The notes: generated by a model not told the origin, from the sequence alone. 49,318 bases of DNA from Polymyxa betae A26-41 (GCA_003693705.1 RBZT01000691.1:1-49318), one strand, 5' to 3'; positions 11,534 to 25,293 are shown, numbered from the stretch's first letter. Numbers and translations: made by a program.

Positions 11534-14062
11534 ATGTGGTTCGTGGTATATTACTTGATCGCTGTCGCTGCTGCATCCCGAGTGGATCCATGCGACGACA
11601 GCCTTCTAGCAGCAACGCCCATCTGCGATCGGACGCTGCCGCTTGAACAACGTGCACAAGGGCTGATCAACGTGATGACTCTCAAGGAGAAAGTTCTGCA
11701 GATGGGAAATACAGCTCCAGCTGTTGATCGGCTTGGATTACCTGCTTATCAATGGTGGAATGAAGCCTTGCATGGTAATAACATACCTTCTAATGAAGCT
11801 CCGCTCATTCTGATAGGGATTCTGCATAATTGCATCGATAACCATTGTCCTACTACGTATCCAGCACCTTTAGCTCTGGCAGCTACCTTCAATTTGGATC
11901 TAGTTGAGAAAGTTGCTGAGCAAATTTCCACTGAAGCTCGAGCTGTGCACATTTTTAGCGATGGTGTGTATGGTCTGCAAGTTTGGGCTCCTAATATCAA
12001 CATTTATAAGGATCCCCGATGGCAAGTCTTTAACCTTTTTAGCAAGCTTGCTGATTGAACTCAAGGGGTCGCGGGCAAGAAACGCCTGGCGAATGTGTTT
12101 ATTTGACGTCTCAATATGCAATTCGGTATATTCGAGGAATGCAGGGAGCCAATGATACGAGCGACTATCCAAAACTGTTTGCCACTGTCAAGCATTTTGC
12201 AGTTTACAACGAAGAGACGCGACGAGAGCATTTCGATGCCATCGTACGATTAGAACAAACATTTTCAGGATTTTTGAATATACTTGTTCAGGTCTCTGAT
12301 CGAGATCTCCGTCAAACGTATTTGCCTGCATTTGAAGCTAGTATTGTTGAAGGAGGCGCTGGCTCCCTTATGTGCTCTTATAATTCCGTCAATGGTGTTC
12401 CTGCCTGTGCTAATGATTTCCTTCTGAATACAACTTTAAGAAATGATTGGAAGTTCGACGGGTTTATTGTTTCGGATTGGTAAGGATACTTACGTCCAGG
12501 TTCTGTTGCTTAACGTTGAGATCTTCGATAGTGACGCGGTCAGCGATATCAGCCATAGTCATCATTTTGTCAACACTTCTGCTGAAGGAGCAGCTGCTGC
12601 TTTAAAGTGATTTTATCTGTTCCATCATTGCCGAGACTGAAGCTTTCTTAGATCGGGAGTGGATCTCGACTGTGGTGATTCTTTCAAAAATTTAGAAGAC
12701 GTTGGTGTTGTACTTACTGATCCTAGCGGGATGTTAACTTTGGATCCAGGCTGTTCAACAGGAGCTTATTTCTGAAAAGCTGGTTGACAAGTCGCTTGAA
12801 CGGCTGTTTGTAGCTCGGTTAAAGCTTGGCTTGTTCGATCCCGTTGAATCGCAACCATACAACCAGATTCCATTAGACTCGATCGATTCTAATGAGCACC
12901 GCGAGACAGCACGCCAGGCAGCTCGCGAATCACTTGTTCTGTTGAAGAATGAAGGATCGTTTCTGCCCTTGAAACCAAGCATATCGTCAATGCTTGTTAC
13001 TGGACCTCATTCCCAGTCAACCGCCAGTCTCTGCAGCAATTACATCGGCCAGCTCCCAAAGGTCGTTTCTATAGCAGATGGCGTAATGAAAGCGACGCCC
13101 TCTGCAGACATCAAAGTCGAAGAGGGCTGTGGAATGACTTCGCTCAATCTGTCGAAAGCCGTCTCTGCTATTGAGGCAGCAAAATCATCGCAGTATACAG
13201 TAATTGCTCTGGGATTGGATCAATCGCAAGAAACCGAGGTCCAAGAATTTAGTCAACCTTCGTCAAGTAGAGCTAACTTTTTTTTCAGACTCGCGATCGA
13301 ACAACTTTGGATTTACCTGGCTACCAGTTGGACTTTCTGAAAGAAATCGCCAAAGAAACATCAAATATCATTCTTGTTGTGATTGGCGGTGGCTCTGTTG
13401 ACTTGACGTGGGCTAAATCATCGCCCTCGGTTAAAGCAATCGTATATGGATTTTACCCAGGCGAAGAAACCGGAACGGCAGTTGCTGATTTAATCTTGGG
13501 CGAGTTCAGTCCAAGTGGACGGCTTCCAATTACTATTTACGAATCCAAATACAGCGGCCAAGTAGCAATCACCTCAATGGGAATGAATGATGGACCTGGA
13601 CGAACCTATCGCTTCTATACAGGCAATCCTGTTTACCCGTTCGGCTATGGTCTTTCTTATACAGAGTTCTCGCTGAAGTGGATAACTGCCCCTGTTGATG
13701 GAAAGCTGAAAATCTCAGTCGAGAATACTGGGCGTGTTGCGTCAGACGTCCCGATTCTGGCCTTCTTCGAAATGAGTGATCCACAGTGTCCAAGAAAACA
13801 GCTCTTTGCGATTCAGCACGTGAAAGATCTCGAACCAGGACAAGCACAAGATATTGAAATCCATTACGACGCAAATGGTACATACTGTGTTGACACAATT
13901 GGGAATCGTGCAACGCCCAAAGGCCCGGTTGTCATCAGAATCGGTGACTTGACTGCACAAGTTGAGTTTACAGAGAACACGGGCAGTGAAGAAAGAAAGC
14001 AGGCGTTGCATATGAACGGCGCCAATGTTTTAATTACCAAGCCTGAGCCAGAAATTATCTAA
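11534..14062 (+). CDS. Secreted GH3 beta-xylosidase/alpha-arabinofuranosidase
   Basis: Signal peptide; WWNEALHG, WAPNINI..DPRWGRGQETPGE, KHF, MCSYN, spliced FIVSDCDA nucleophile motif, LVLLKN, PSGRLP, GRTYRFY, YPFGYGLSYT. Multiple short introns. Confidence 0.95.
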
Positions 14063-14178
14063 GACGTGAGTATTTATCTACAAAGGGAGATAATACATGT
14101 GACCGCTAACATTGCAACTTGTATATTACGAAATGTTAATGATTGACAAATGGACAAGTTAATGTACATCTAATCTGC

Positions 14179-14836
14179 TTAGGATAGCTCAGCATCCAAG
14201 TGGTACATGAGGCCTGGCAATGCTTCATAGGCTTGCGTTTTCGTGTACCTGTTAACATAGTTTAAGCGAAATGACATGACCATCGGAGGACGCAGCACAT
14301 ACAATTTGGTCATTTCGTCGATTTCTTCGGTCTGGAGCACGTGGAATTCGTGCAACATAGAAACAGTCATGTGATCGTTTGCCTCAGTTGCTGCAGATGA
14401 GAGACTCTTTAAGGATTCAGCAACCTGGATTTCTTGCTGGAGCAGTGATTTCATGACGTCTGAAGGCTTCTTCCATCCGTTAACGTCAACAGCAGGGATA
14501 GCCTGCGTCGTAGCCATGCCTCCACGTTTCTGAATGTAAGAAAAAATCTTTAAAGCATGTTCACGTTCAGACCTGAGAGCAATAAGATAGGCTATCCACA
14601 AAGAAAAAAAAATCGTACAAAGACTCCTTCTCCAAATAGCTTGAAATTCCATCGTAATTATGGTTTTTAAACCAGAACGAGGCAGCCTATAAAACAATTT
14701 GAATGATGGAATGATAAAGTGTGCAAGCAGCGTTTTGACACACCAGGTAGATCTGGCTAGCACAAAGCTCCTCAGCCGCCTTCTTGTTGAGCATGTCGGT
14801 GATCGATTCGGACAGTGGGAACTGAAGGGTGGCCAT
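14179..14836 (-). CDS. Ferritin (non-heme, bacterial FtnA-like sequence)
   Basis: Spliced product MATLQFPLSESITDMLNKKAAEELCASQIYL-AASFWF...EKESLSEREHALKIFSYIQKRGG...QEIQV...DHMT...QTEE...GLMYHLDAELS. Three introns; start codon uncertain. Confidence 0.88.
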
Positions 14837-15443
14837 GGTAGATGATGACAATGAGATTGTAAAAATGGACAATAATATTGGAATGACAGCAAGATCACTC
14901 ACTCACTTGGTGGTCTCAGCAACCCGACCCGCAGAATTGCGATCGTGGGCTGGAACCCGAATCTCCTTCTCCATGTGGACGGAAGGGCTGCGCTTCAAAA
15001 AGCGAACATCGACTCATCACGTCTTCTTTAATTGCTTGAATACATCGAGAATTTATTATGCTCAGAAAGTGGATTGAAAGAGCGGCGAATAGCGAATTCG
15101 CAAACGCCAGCTATACGAAAGGGTATTTGATGACAAATCATTGTTTGCTTGGACAAGGTATGAAATCTATTGTGTGACTGAGGACACCAATAACGTTTTT
15201 CCTAAGAAGTGAGAGCGGCGACGGACAAGTGTCGCTGAGAAAGCAAGAAGCGGCCACGGATAAGCATGAGTCATCGACGATCTCGATCGCCTGTGACGTT
15301 TTGATCGATTCCAAAGAAGGCTGCACGTGTTTTGGAAGGCTAAAACGACATTCCACAGAGGACGTGGAAATTGCGCACTTTCGTGATTCCCAGCTTGGAG
15401 ATCGTGTTGCTTCCCATTCCTTCTTTGAGCCCATCATCAGCAA

Positions 15444-16192
15444 ATGTCCGACGCCAACGAGCGCTCCAGCGACCACGAATCCGATACTGAGGTTCCTTCG
15501 ACCGGACCCAGCTCTGGAGTATGCCTTCTCGACGACCCACTAGATTTGTCCTGAATCCTGTCTAGTATTATTTCTTTAAGTCGACCCCGAAGGAGGTCGC
15601 CAGTCAATTCGCACCACAGCGTGTGGAGGTCTCACAAAACCAGCAAGAAACCGCTAGCGATGGTCGACCTTCTGTCTGGAACAAAGCTAACACTTGGTGA
15701 CCTTCATCATTCTTTCTCCGTTCCATCACTAATTAGTTGGCATTCAGGGAGGAGCGTGACCTGTCTGCTTGGGCCACAGAGACGATCAAGGAATTGTTGA
15801 CGTCGGTTAAGATCCCTTGCCATGGGGAGGACTCGCTTTCAATTGAGTCGGTTGAGACAACCAGAAGCCATGTACGTGGCATACTCTGTTAAGGCCCGAA
15901 CAGCCTCTGATCGGTGTTTCAGGCGACGATCGTTTTCGTCAGGGGAAAAAAACGCCATGGCTATGAAATCGGCGTCAAATGCAAGTGGTCCGGTACGATT
16001 GGCGGAAAGAAAGTCGAGGGCAAACTGGAATTCCCTGATGTTGAAGACGATTGCGATGACGACTTCCCAGCTAATGTCTCCGCTTCTGGCAACGACAAGG
16101 CGGACGATTGCGCCAGAAGTGCGGTCAGGAAGACGCTGCCAGAATTCCAGAAGAAGCTAAGGGAGTTCGATAAACTGTTCCGACAAAAATAA
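15444..16192 (+). CDS. Hsp90 co-chaperone Aha1 N-terminal domain protein
   Basis: Spliced YYFFKSTPKE...SVWNKANTW-EERDLSAWA...ATIVFVRGKKRHGYEI..KWSG...VEGKLEFPDV. Four exons. Confidence 0.85.
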
Positions 16193-16225
16193 AACAAGAA
16201 ATTAGAGCTGATGGCGAAGGCAATA

Positions 16226-18056
16226 TTATGCTGGCCTTTTTAATATTGATCGTCGTTGTGTAATGAATTCGACGGCATATGATTGCAAAGGATTCCTGAT
16301 CGCTTCGAACAGCTTCTCTAATGACTGCTGTACGTGCGATATTTCGCCCGATTGTGATTCTCCAAACCGACGCTTGTTAGTCAGGCTGCTTGAACATTTC
16401 CATATTAACGAATGTAGCACTACGCGGACATTACTCAGAATAGATCCAAAACAAATGCAAAATACTGATTACATTCACCGGCAGTGTTATCTGAAGGCGG
16501 AAGCAGAACGCGAACTTCGGGCAATGAAAGCAACGACGTCATAACATCGCTGCAATGCTGATCAACAGCACTTAAGGGAAGATCTTCGTCATCGGGATAC
16601 TCAACGGTGGCGACATTCACCATTTCTGGAGGAGAGAGATACACCCGATCCAGATCGTCATTCTTAAGCGGTCTGGGCCTTCCGAAAACGAAACGAGTGT
16701 CACCAACGCCAATTTTGAAATCAGCTTGGGTGAAACGTTTTGCCCAGAGATGGGCAGCATTCTTCAGCATAGCGACATCACAGTTCATTCCGCCAAGGCT
16801 AGCGCGAAGCAGAAGCGAACGAATGACGGCGCATTGGCCTGGTGGCAAGCCAAGAGATTCAAGGTCGGACTCCATCGTAATCTTCAGATCGCCTTCAGGA
16901 ATGACATCAACAACATTGACGGCTGCCACCTCGTAAACCTAGAACAACAATCAGACTGTAAACATGAGGAGAATCCGGCAGTTAGACCAGCGTAAGAAAC
17001 AATGAGACACAATGCGCGGGAGGGTTAAAGCCTTTGCTACAGGCTATGAGTAACGAGACAAGCCAAGGCAGAGACGGATGCAAGAATGCATCCTCAATCA
17101 TAATAATGACAAAACGACGGAGGCATTCCGTCAGACCACAGCGTCGAATCAGTTGCAGCGCCGAACGGACAGCCGCCCATGGACGACATAGCCGAACATT
17201 CTTCTGCAGAATGCTTTTCAACAATGAGGGTGAGAACCGATACGACCTGTTTGCGAAATTAACAAATCCCGCCTGTTAATTTCGCCCAGAGCTAGAGAGC
17301 TGCACCTACACAGCTTGATTGCGATTGGAAGAATAATTTAGATCGGAAACATCGAAATGAGGCCCCGAGCAATGAAATCGAACGACGACCCGGATGGGAG
17401 CCGTTTTATCATCACACATCATCTCGCAAGAAAACGCAGATGCATCTTCTTTAACGGCTAGATTCTGAACCGACTTGAAATTTAAATTCCAGATGCCTTT
17501 TTCGTCATAACGCCACGTCCAAACATGAGCCATCAAAATAGGCGGTTTCCCTCTTCGATCAAAAGCCGAGCCTGAGAGCACTGTTAGCAGTGAATGTTTA
17601 ATCGCTGCTAAAGCCATACTAGGCTGGGGACGAAGTGCATCGAGGCTAGGGGCAGATGACGCTGAAGCAACGGATGGTTGTCTTTCTGGTGTCGGTGGCA
17701 ATGACGATGTCGTCTGCGATGCCAGACATTTCTTATCGAGATGGTCGTCGAGGTTGATTCTGGCCACGGTCTTGTTACAGACCGGGCATTCGACGAATGG
17801 CGAAGGCCTTGCTGGAGATTCGGTTTTGAACGATTTCGATTTAACAGCTACCAGAATAATCAATAGACGATGTGAGATGGTGAAAAAATTTACAGGAAGG
17901 CGATGTACGTCGAACCTGACCAAGAGAGCCCCAGCTGGGCGTTGGCTTTTCTAACGTCTGACATTTGGAGTCGAGATGCTGGTTGATGAATGACATGACG
18001 ATACTCTTGGAGCAGATGGGACATTGGACAAGCTGGGAGCGCTGCTCTTGCCCCAT
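16226..18056 (-). CDS. Protein with two Rad18/UBZ4-type zinc fingers and a conserved helical C-terminal domain
   Basis: VQCPICSKSIVMSFINQHLDSKC and VECPVCNKTVARINLDDHLDKKC; downstream LKSILQKNVR...LRRFVIIMIEDAFLHP. Multi-exon. Confidence 0.75.
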
Positions 18057-18817
18057 GCTGGAATCCTGGATAGGAAGGCGCCACTCCGACGGCGTTCGCA
18101 GTCTCCTTTCAACTTTCAAATATAAATGAAAACAGCGCCGAACTTTCACCTTTTGCAGTTTCAGCTGTGATAATGGCCGAAGGTAGCTCTGTCAAAGCTT
18201 AGATTCTAGTAAGGCCTGTTGCAGTTTTGGAACCCCCGAATACGGTAAACTATTCTCCGACATAAGCTGCGACGCTGATTTAGCAAATTTTCAATTAGGC
18301 TTAGAAGGCCATGATCCGGAATCTACAGATAATGCATTTGGTTGTAGTTGGATGATGTTGTAGTTCGATGATAGCATTGAATGTCAAATCCATCGAGAAA
18401 GAATCTATTCAACTAACAATGTGGAACGGAATCGGCGGCTGCTACGCGTGATCGGATTTGGCGAAAATGGATTGCTCCTGCAAGACTGCCCAATAGCACT
18501 TGCAGCGACGAAGACGTCAAGTTGATTACGAAATGAAATGGATCTGATTGTGTAACAGAAACTTTACACTGTAACACAAAAAAAACACTCGTGAATGGGT
18601 AGATGCGGCCTCTTATCAGACTAGGGAAACTTCATCTCTTGATATCATTTCAACTCACGCGATGCTCTGCTGATGAAAATGGACGAGGGCACCGACGCGC
18701 AGACGGCGTCTGCAGCTGCGCTGTCACGGCAGAATAATCAAGCCGAGACCATCGGTGTGGCTCGGTCCGGTCACCCTCGCCGAATGTACGTTCAGGCTAT
18801 CTTCTGCCATCGCTGCA

Positions 18818-21800
18818 ATGAACAGATCGGAGGACTTCAGATCGCTACAGCAAATCAAAGCTGATATTCGGTTGGCTGAAAAATCGCGCGATGTCAGGGA
18901 AATAGCTATGCTGTATGTCAGCTATGCATATGAATTGTTCCACACTTATGAGAAATATGACGAGTCTATTGCCTACTTCCAGAGAACACTTAAAATTTAT
19001 TCAACGTACAAACAGGAGTTTACTGTAAGCGTGACCTTTGAAATCGTTAATTCATGCTCTTGATGTTATTTAGAATTTCGATTGGGTGTATGTTTATCGA
19101 TTTCTTGGTAATAACTATCATGCAAAGAAGGACTACGATAAAGCTATCGAAGCATTTAAGCGTGGACTCGATCTGATTATGAAGACTCGAAGCTTAAACC
19201 GCGATCTCAAAGCTGAAAAAGCACGGTTTCTTTACAATCGTATGTCTCCGGCTGCAATCCTCCCTGTCGTTGATAAACTGTCATTTTCAGTCGGCAATGC
19301 ACATTATTGGCGATTCACACTAGAAGCGTGCAAACTGAGCGTACCAGAGCGAGATGGATTTCAAGAATCTCAGTCCCAGAGCCAACCCAATTGCGCCAAT
19401 GATATATCGCAATATGATCTCGGCGAGCCTGACTACGATTCCGTCGATGACGAATTGTTTGTGTTTAGAAAGTCTGACGATTTGGCAAAATCTGAAGTTT
19501 ATTTTCGTCGTTTGCTGGATTACATTCAAACATGTGGTAATCAAATATCTTTCGACGACAAGGAGGAAGTTGGAGATGAGGAATTCTGCATTCTTAAAGT
19601 GATCCAAACGCTGCTAAGTGTAAGGTCTCAGAATATTGATGGCTCAGATAAATTTATCTCTTTATTTGCAGCGCTATCGGCATGCGATGCCATTTTGCAA
19701 CGAAGTCGATCTTTTTGAAGTTCTGAATCTATTCGATCGCGTTATTGAAATTTGTGATGAGATGAGAAAAGACGAGTACAAGTTTACATCGCTCATATTT
19801 ACTATCTTATAACTTGTTTTTAGGATTCTATACAGGAAAGCATGCACATTGTGCTTACTTGGTCCTTCCTATCGAGCTGAGGCTGTTGAACTCTTTGAGA
19901 CGGTAATTAATTCTCAAAATTCTCGTATTTATTTCAAAAGGAGAGCATACGAACAAGTAATTTCGTTTACTCTCCGAATTGGTGCGTTTCCAAGCTGCAG
20001 CCAGATTGTTCGCAAGGTATAGCATTGTCGTTTGGCAGTTCATATCCCTTATTGATTGTTGTTAAGTCTAAAGAACTATTCGCTGAGGAGTACGTTGCAA
20101 ATCGTCTCAATCGAATTCAAGAGATTGAACGGGTTTTCACCTCAGATCCATCGTACGACCTGGCTACATTGACATAATAAGCACTTGATGATATTCTTCA
20201 GGGACGGTCTAGCAATGATTTGCTGTGAACGAGGCGAATTTCGTGCCGCTAATGACATTTATTCCGAGCTTCTTCGAAACGAAAAGGATTTCAACAACCG
20301 AATCAATTTCTGGATGGATAAGGTATCAATGTGTTTCAGTATTGAGGGTACATTCATTTTCTCCAGGAAGCTGCTTTGGAACGCTGGATGAATTCTTTCT
20401 CCAAAGTTCCTAACAGCGGACCGGAAGACTATGACACAGGGCGAGAAACAGTTGCGATTGTATCGGAAGCTCGATTCGCATATCTGAATTGCCTCGAAGA
20501 GTTGAGATCGCTTCCCAACAATGCCAAACGATATAATGATTTGATGCTGGACTATGGGAAATTCCTTTCTCCTTACAATGCAGACGAAGCAATTGAGGTA
20601 ATCGCATGTTTTTGTTTTAGCCACTTATTGAATTCTATGCCCAGGTCTTCGAGAGTATAGTCCATTCTACAAGTGCCAGCTCTGGGCTAAAATCAGCTGC
20701 ATCGAATGCAATCGCAAGACTGAAGTCTTTATCCCAAGCTCCCCAGAGTCCCGCGACCAATTTCTCCCATGAACCCGAACCTGAACCTGAGCGAACGAAC
20801 TCGAACGCCGCTCGTCGTCCTATCGAGGTCATAGAAATCACAGACGAAGAGCTGGAACCCGCTGGAGGTCAAGATTCGGACAAAGAGATGTCGCCCATCA
20901 ACAAGCGAACAAATAGGAAACGTTGGTTTTACATTTATTGGCGAACTCTTTGCATAATGTTTCCCAGGGCATCTTTCAAAAAAGGGGCAAGCAATCCGTC
21001 GTGAAAGAAAGGCTCCGAGGAGAGTCATTGAATCAAGTGACACTGAAAACATAATCTGTTCCGAAGCTAGTGATGAAGGTTGTTCCGGTCTGCCTATCGG
21101 TGGGATCGCTTCAAAAATGAGTTTAGAGAACCGTATCCCCGTTCCGTACGTCGACGAAGCCTTTCAAGAGGATATCAACTTCTCTGAAGCTGATGCTGCA
21201 AAAATTGCAGGCTATACTGAACGCGAGCTTCAAGATAAGCTGGTCTGAATCACAACTATCAATGCTGCCAGTATTGACACCTACTTGTTTAGAGAGAAGA
21301 GAAAGCCAATCTCAGACGTCCGATTTATCTGGCTTATTATAATCTTGAACTTGCCACCAGGTTGCAAGAGAATGGTGAGCTGGAGGAGTGTCTTCCGTAC
21401 TATGAGCAAGCCGCTGCATTTTGCCCTCCGGGAGCGTTAGTATCTTTAAACGCTTCTTTTCCATACAGTCATCTTTTGGCAGGGAAACTCGGTTGACCGA
21501 TCTGAAAAACCTTTTCTTCAACATGGGCAAGGTTCATCGTCTGCTGAGTCATTGGGATTCTGCGATCCGTGATTTAAAAAGGGTTGGAACGTTTTTGGTT
21601 CTTGGCTAATTGTAACTTCTTCTAGGCTGCTGAACTCTATGACACAAGAAAGCAGGCGCTTGAATGCGCCGATTCCTACATTGAACTAGGCCATCTTTAC
21701 TCTGACGAGTGGGTGATTTTCGAATCCGTTTCAATGTGTTGTCATTTCGTTTTTTAGAGCGGAGCGGTTGGAACGAAACGAATACGCTCTGGCATTTCGT

Positions 21801-24800
21801 CGCTGCCTTGGCCGTGTCTCCTTCAAGTATTTTGAAGAATCTCGGCGGAGGTTATCGAGCGCCAATGGATGCGATGAAACAAGGAGATTGGAACTGCTTA
21901 GTCACGTACTGTCGAATGAGGTTTGCTACTTTTTCTTACAGTTCAACCTTAATTGTGACTGCTCCTTCTTGCCGCAGGCCATGTCTTGGCTTGTGCAAAA
22001 CAACGGAGAAAAAGCTGCTGACACTATTCGCAAAGCAATCAGCCACTGTAAGCAATATGGCGATCTTGAGAACTGGCTCTGTCAATCGCTAAATACGTCG
22101 CACGACGTTAACAAGTTTCTACTGCGGTAATTCTCGTACTCTTTGTTATTGCTTATGCTCAGTATGCATCTTGCAGCTATGAAGAAGCCAGGGCAAATCT
22201 TCGAGAGTGTTTAAAGCAAGCCAAGTTGAAAGGCGGCGAAGAAGTGACTTTTTTTGATTTCAATAATGCCGATATCGGTCAAGCGGGCGGAGAATGTTTC
22301 GGCTGTTTCTACTGGAACTCCAAGCTGAGCCTTGCTAAGTTGGCCGCTCAAATGCACAAGTAATGCTTAATTTGGATTTTTCTTCTGCAGTTTATAACCT
22401 GTTTAGGCTCAAAGAAGCCCAACATCATATTAGCCAGCTTGTCGATCAGATTCCTAGTTTTCATAAAAGCTTCAAGATCATGGTCGAACGGGTCTGTTTC
22501 TTTCAGTTCGCCAAATCTCTCAATTTCAATTGTGTTTTAGACCCACCAACACGTTGCAAGTCTCGCTGATAAATTCAATCAGCGTGATAAATTGATGGCT
22601 GCTGTCAATGTATGGGCTTGCATATGCTATTTGCTCGGTCGGCTTAGCTGCATTCTCTGAACAGGATCCACATCCGATCAATTTACTGGGTAACCTTCGC
22701 AAGTTGTGCAAGATTTGTGAAGAGGCCGAAGACATCGAAAACCTTATCACGTTTGCTAATAAGTGGAGCGATCTGGCAACCGAACCGTATGGACTCTCTC
22801 TTATGCTCATGGCACTTATTTAATCATTCTAGTTCTGAAAAGTATGATGCATTGGATGCGCTGCATTTTGGGTACGATTGCCTTCGGCGCTTGAAAGAAG
22901 CAATAACCACTTTGCATGCATTATGCATTATTCAAGTATGCTTACTTTGCGGTTGTTACAAAACAAGTGATTATGAACATCTCTTAGGACAGGACCGAAG
23001 TCGATTGTCGTACCAAGTTTTTGAACTTGTACAAATTAGCATTACTGTATGATTCTGTTGATGGCGGAGAATCCGCAAATTTCAATGCAGTCGTTGTTAA
23101 AATGGAGTCGCTTTATCCGCAAGTCGAGTCAGATTTTAGCGGTATTCCCCAAATCAAACATTCCGCACCAAGCTTGACTTTTTTGTTAGAATCCCCTGTA
23201 GACATATTGCCTTTCAAAGCTGCTATGCTAGAGATCAAATACGTCACCACTCGTCAAGGTCCAACATTGCTCTCTGCAAATTTTCTGCCTAAAAGATTTT
23301 AGGCAATTCTGAAAAATGCGATAAGGAGATCGCTGATTTGCACAAAGAGTGGAAAAACAGCTTGGACGATTTGTCGTCGAAATCGTCGGATGATAATTCT
23401 GATGCAGAATTATCGCATCGGTCTGAGGATGTTGCTATGCATGAGCCATCCCGTCGTCGTCCAAGGAGTGGAGGCGCTCGAAGTGACTCTGAAGACCGCA
23501 AACGTGCTCGCAGGCATCTCTCACAGCGGCCTGGTGCGCTTTTTAGGCGATTCAATCAAAGAACACGGGATCCAAAAGGATCTTCCGTGCTTCAAGCAGT
23601 CGAAAGCGGTGGTCTTCGAGTTTCGCGAAGCAACGATAGAACGCGCCCGCAAAGACGCACCAGTACTGAATCAGAGAAATCACTGCGGCTTAGCATCGGC
23701 AAAGAGCGCCCCTTGGCCTTTGAACTAAGGCGACAACACCGCTTGATTGTCGAGCAGAAGCAAATATCAAATGCCACAGTGGCGGAAGACTACATCGCTA
23801 ACAGAGGAGACATTTCTGAATATGATGATTGCGTTGATCATCTCCAGGAGATGCTCTCTGACAATGTAAGCAATTTCGCATGTCTTATTGCATCCCGAAA
23901 ACTGATGGATTATAGGAATTTGATGGCAATGCCGACAACGATGCAGGATGCGAAAATGTAAGCTCATCAGTTTTCCATTTTTATTCTAATGATGCTTCAG
24001 ATCACCGAACATTCCATGACATCAGCTTCTGTTATTCATGTCCCAGTCCCTGATTCTACTTCTGCTCGGGTGTTCCTTGATCAATGGCAATTTTTAATCA
24101 CCTGCAGCGCGTCGCATAATATTCAATGGCTTATTGATGAGGTCGGCGTTGTTGACACAGGTATTATCACTCTCTAATACTCTGGTGATCTCTTTCAGGT
24201 GACAGATCGATTTTATCGTGAACAAGCGCGACGTCCAGTCATTAAGCATTTGTTGTTTGATGGAGCTATAGTCGATAGCTCAGATCTTGCGTTGCCGCTC
24301 ATTCGCTCACATTCTGGTATCGGCATCTAACATTCAAACAGGGTTTGATTATTCAAATGTTAGATGCCAAATTCGTTGCTGTGGTGTCACATTACCAGGA
24401 GGTCCCACTCTCCGTTTCCTACCGAACAATGTGCGAATCTAGCCAGGACGAGTATTGTTTGAATTTGGACATCATCGAACGTTTATCAGCTGTCACGTTG
24501 CAGTTAGTAACATTTGGTTTGTTATCAGATTGATATTCATTGGGCTTAGAACAGTCGACGTTTCTTATATTATTTCCCTCCCCAATTCGATTGCGCCACT
24601 TATAAAGGTATTACGATCGTCGGATTCTGCTATGCTTGTTCAACGGAAATCACTAGATTCTCCCAAGGCAAAAGCATCATCTGACTGAACTCGTGTTTGA
24701 TTGCTCTGGATTTAACGACACATGCGCTTTACTTTTGGCAAATGTTATTGCTGATTTGCAGTCTCTTAAGAAAGTGTCCTTAGCTAATACGTTCGTTACT

Positions 24801-25293
24801 GCTTTCGGCGCTTTGACCTTAATGGAGAAGTGCAAGTCGTTACAGTCGTTTGACATTCATGCTGTCGATCTTTCTGGACTCCAGCCTGAAAGCATTGAGA
24901 ACTTTTTCCATTCCAATCCGAAAATAGAATTTGCAGATTTCAGGTAAGCGAGCGATTTTCCAGGATTTATGGGTTTTTTATTTATGCATTCTTAGTTTCT
25001 GCTTACTGACTCGATTCCCGTTACTTCAAGCCGGATCGCACTCCATTAAATCGCTGAATCTCTCGGGGAACGTCTTCACTGATGCCAAATTTGTGTCGAA
25101 TCTTTGTGCAACCGTTCGTGTTGATAGTTGATTCTGGCAGCCACTTAGTCCCTAGCAGGTGCAAGTGATTAACGATCCTTAAGATCCTCTTCGTCATCCA
25201 CAATTAAGTTCCCTCTGCTACCTTCACTAATTGTGCTGTAGTGCCTCCGTTATCTTAGGACTAGAGGGTCGTGTCAAGGCGTTTCCAGTATAA
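18818..25293 (+). CDS. TONSL: Tonsoku-like protein (TPR clusters, acidic linker, ubiquitin-like domain, LRRs)
   Basis: N-terminal TPRs (YEKYDESIAYFQRTL; LGNNYHAKKDYDKAIEAFKRGL) and a second TPR block at about 21300-23100. WLIDEV-TDRFYREQARRPVIKHLLFDGAIV is a TONSL UBL-like motif. C-terminal LRRs (FNDTCALLLANVIADLQSLKKVSLANT, LNLSGN). More than 25 short introns; ends approximate. Confidence 0.7.

Noticed and set aside
14179-14898. 239-aa single ORF as the ferritin CDS
   Set aside because: It reads through in-frame introns and uses the wrong frame at the 5' end; the spliced model fits ferritin motifs.
14837-15000. Iron-responsive element upstream of ferritin
   Set aside because: No CAGUGN-loop hairpin found on the coding strand.
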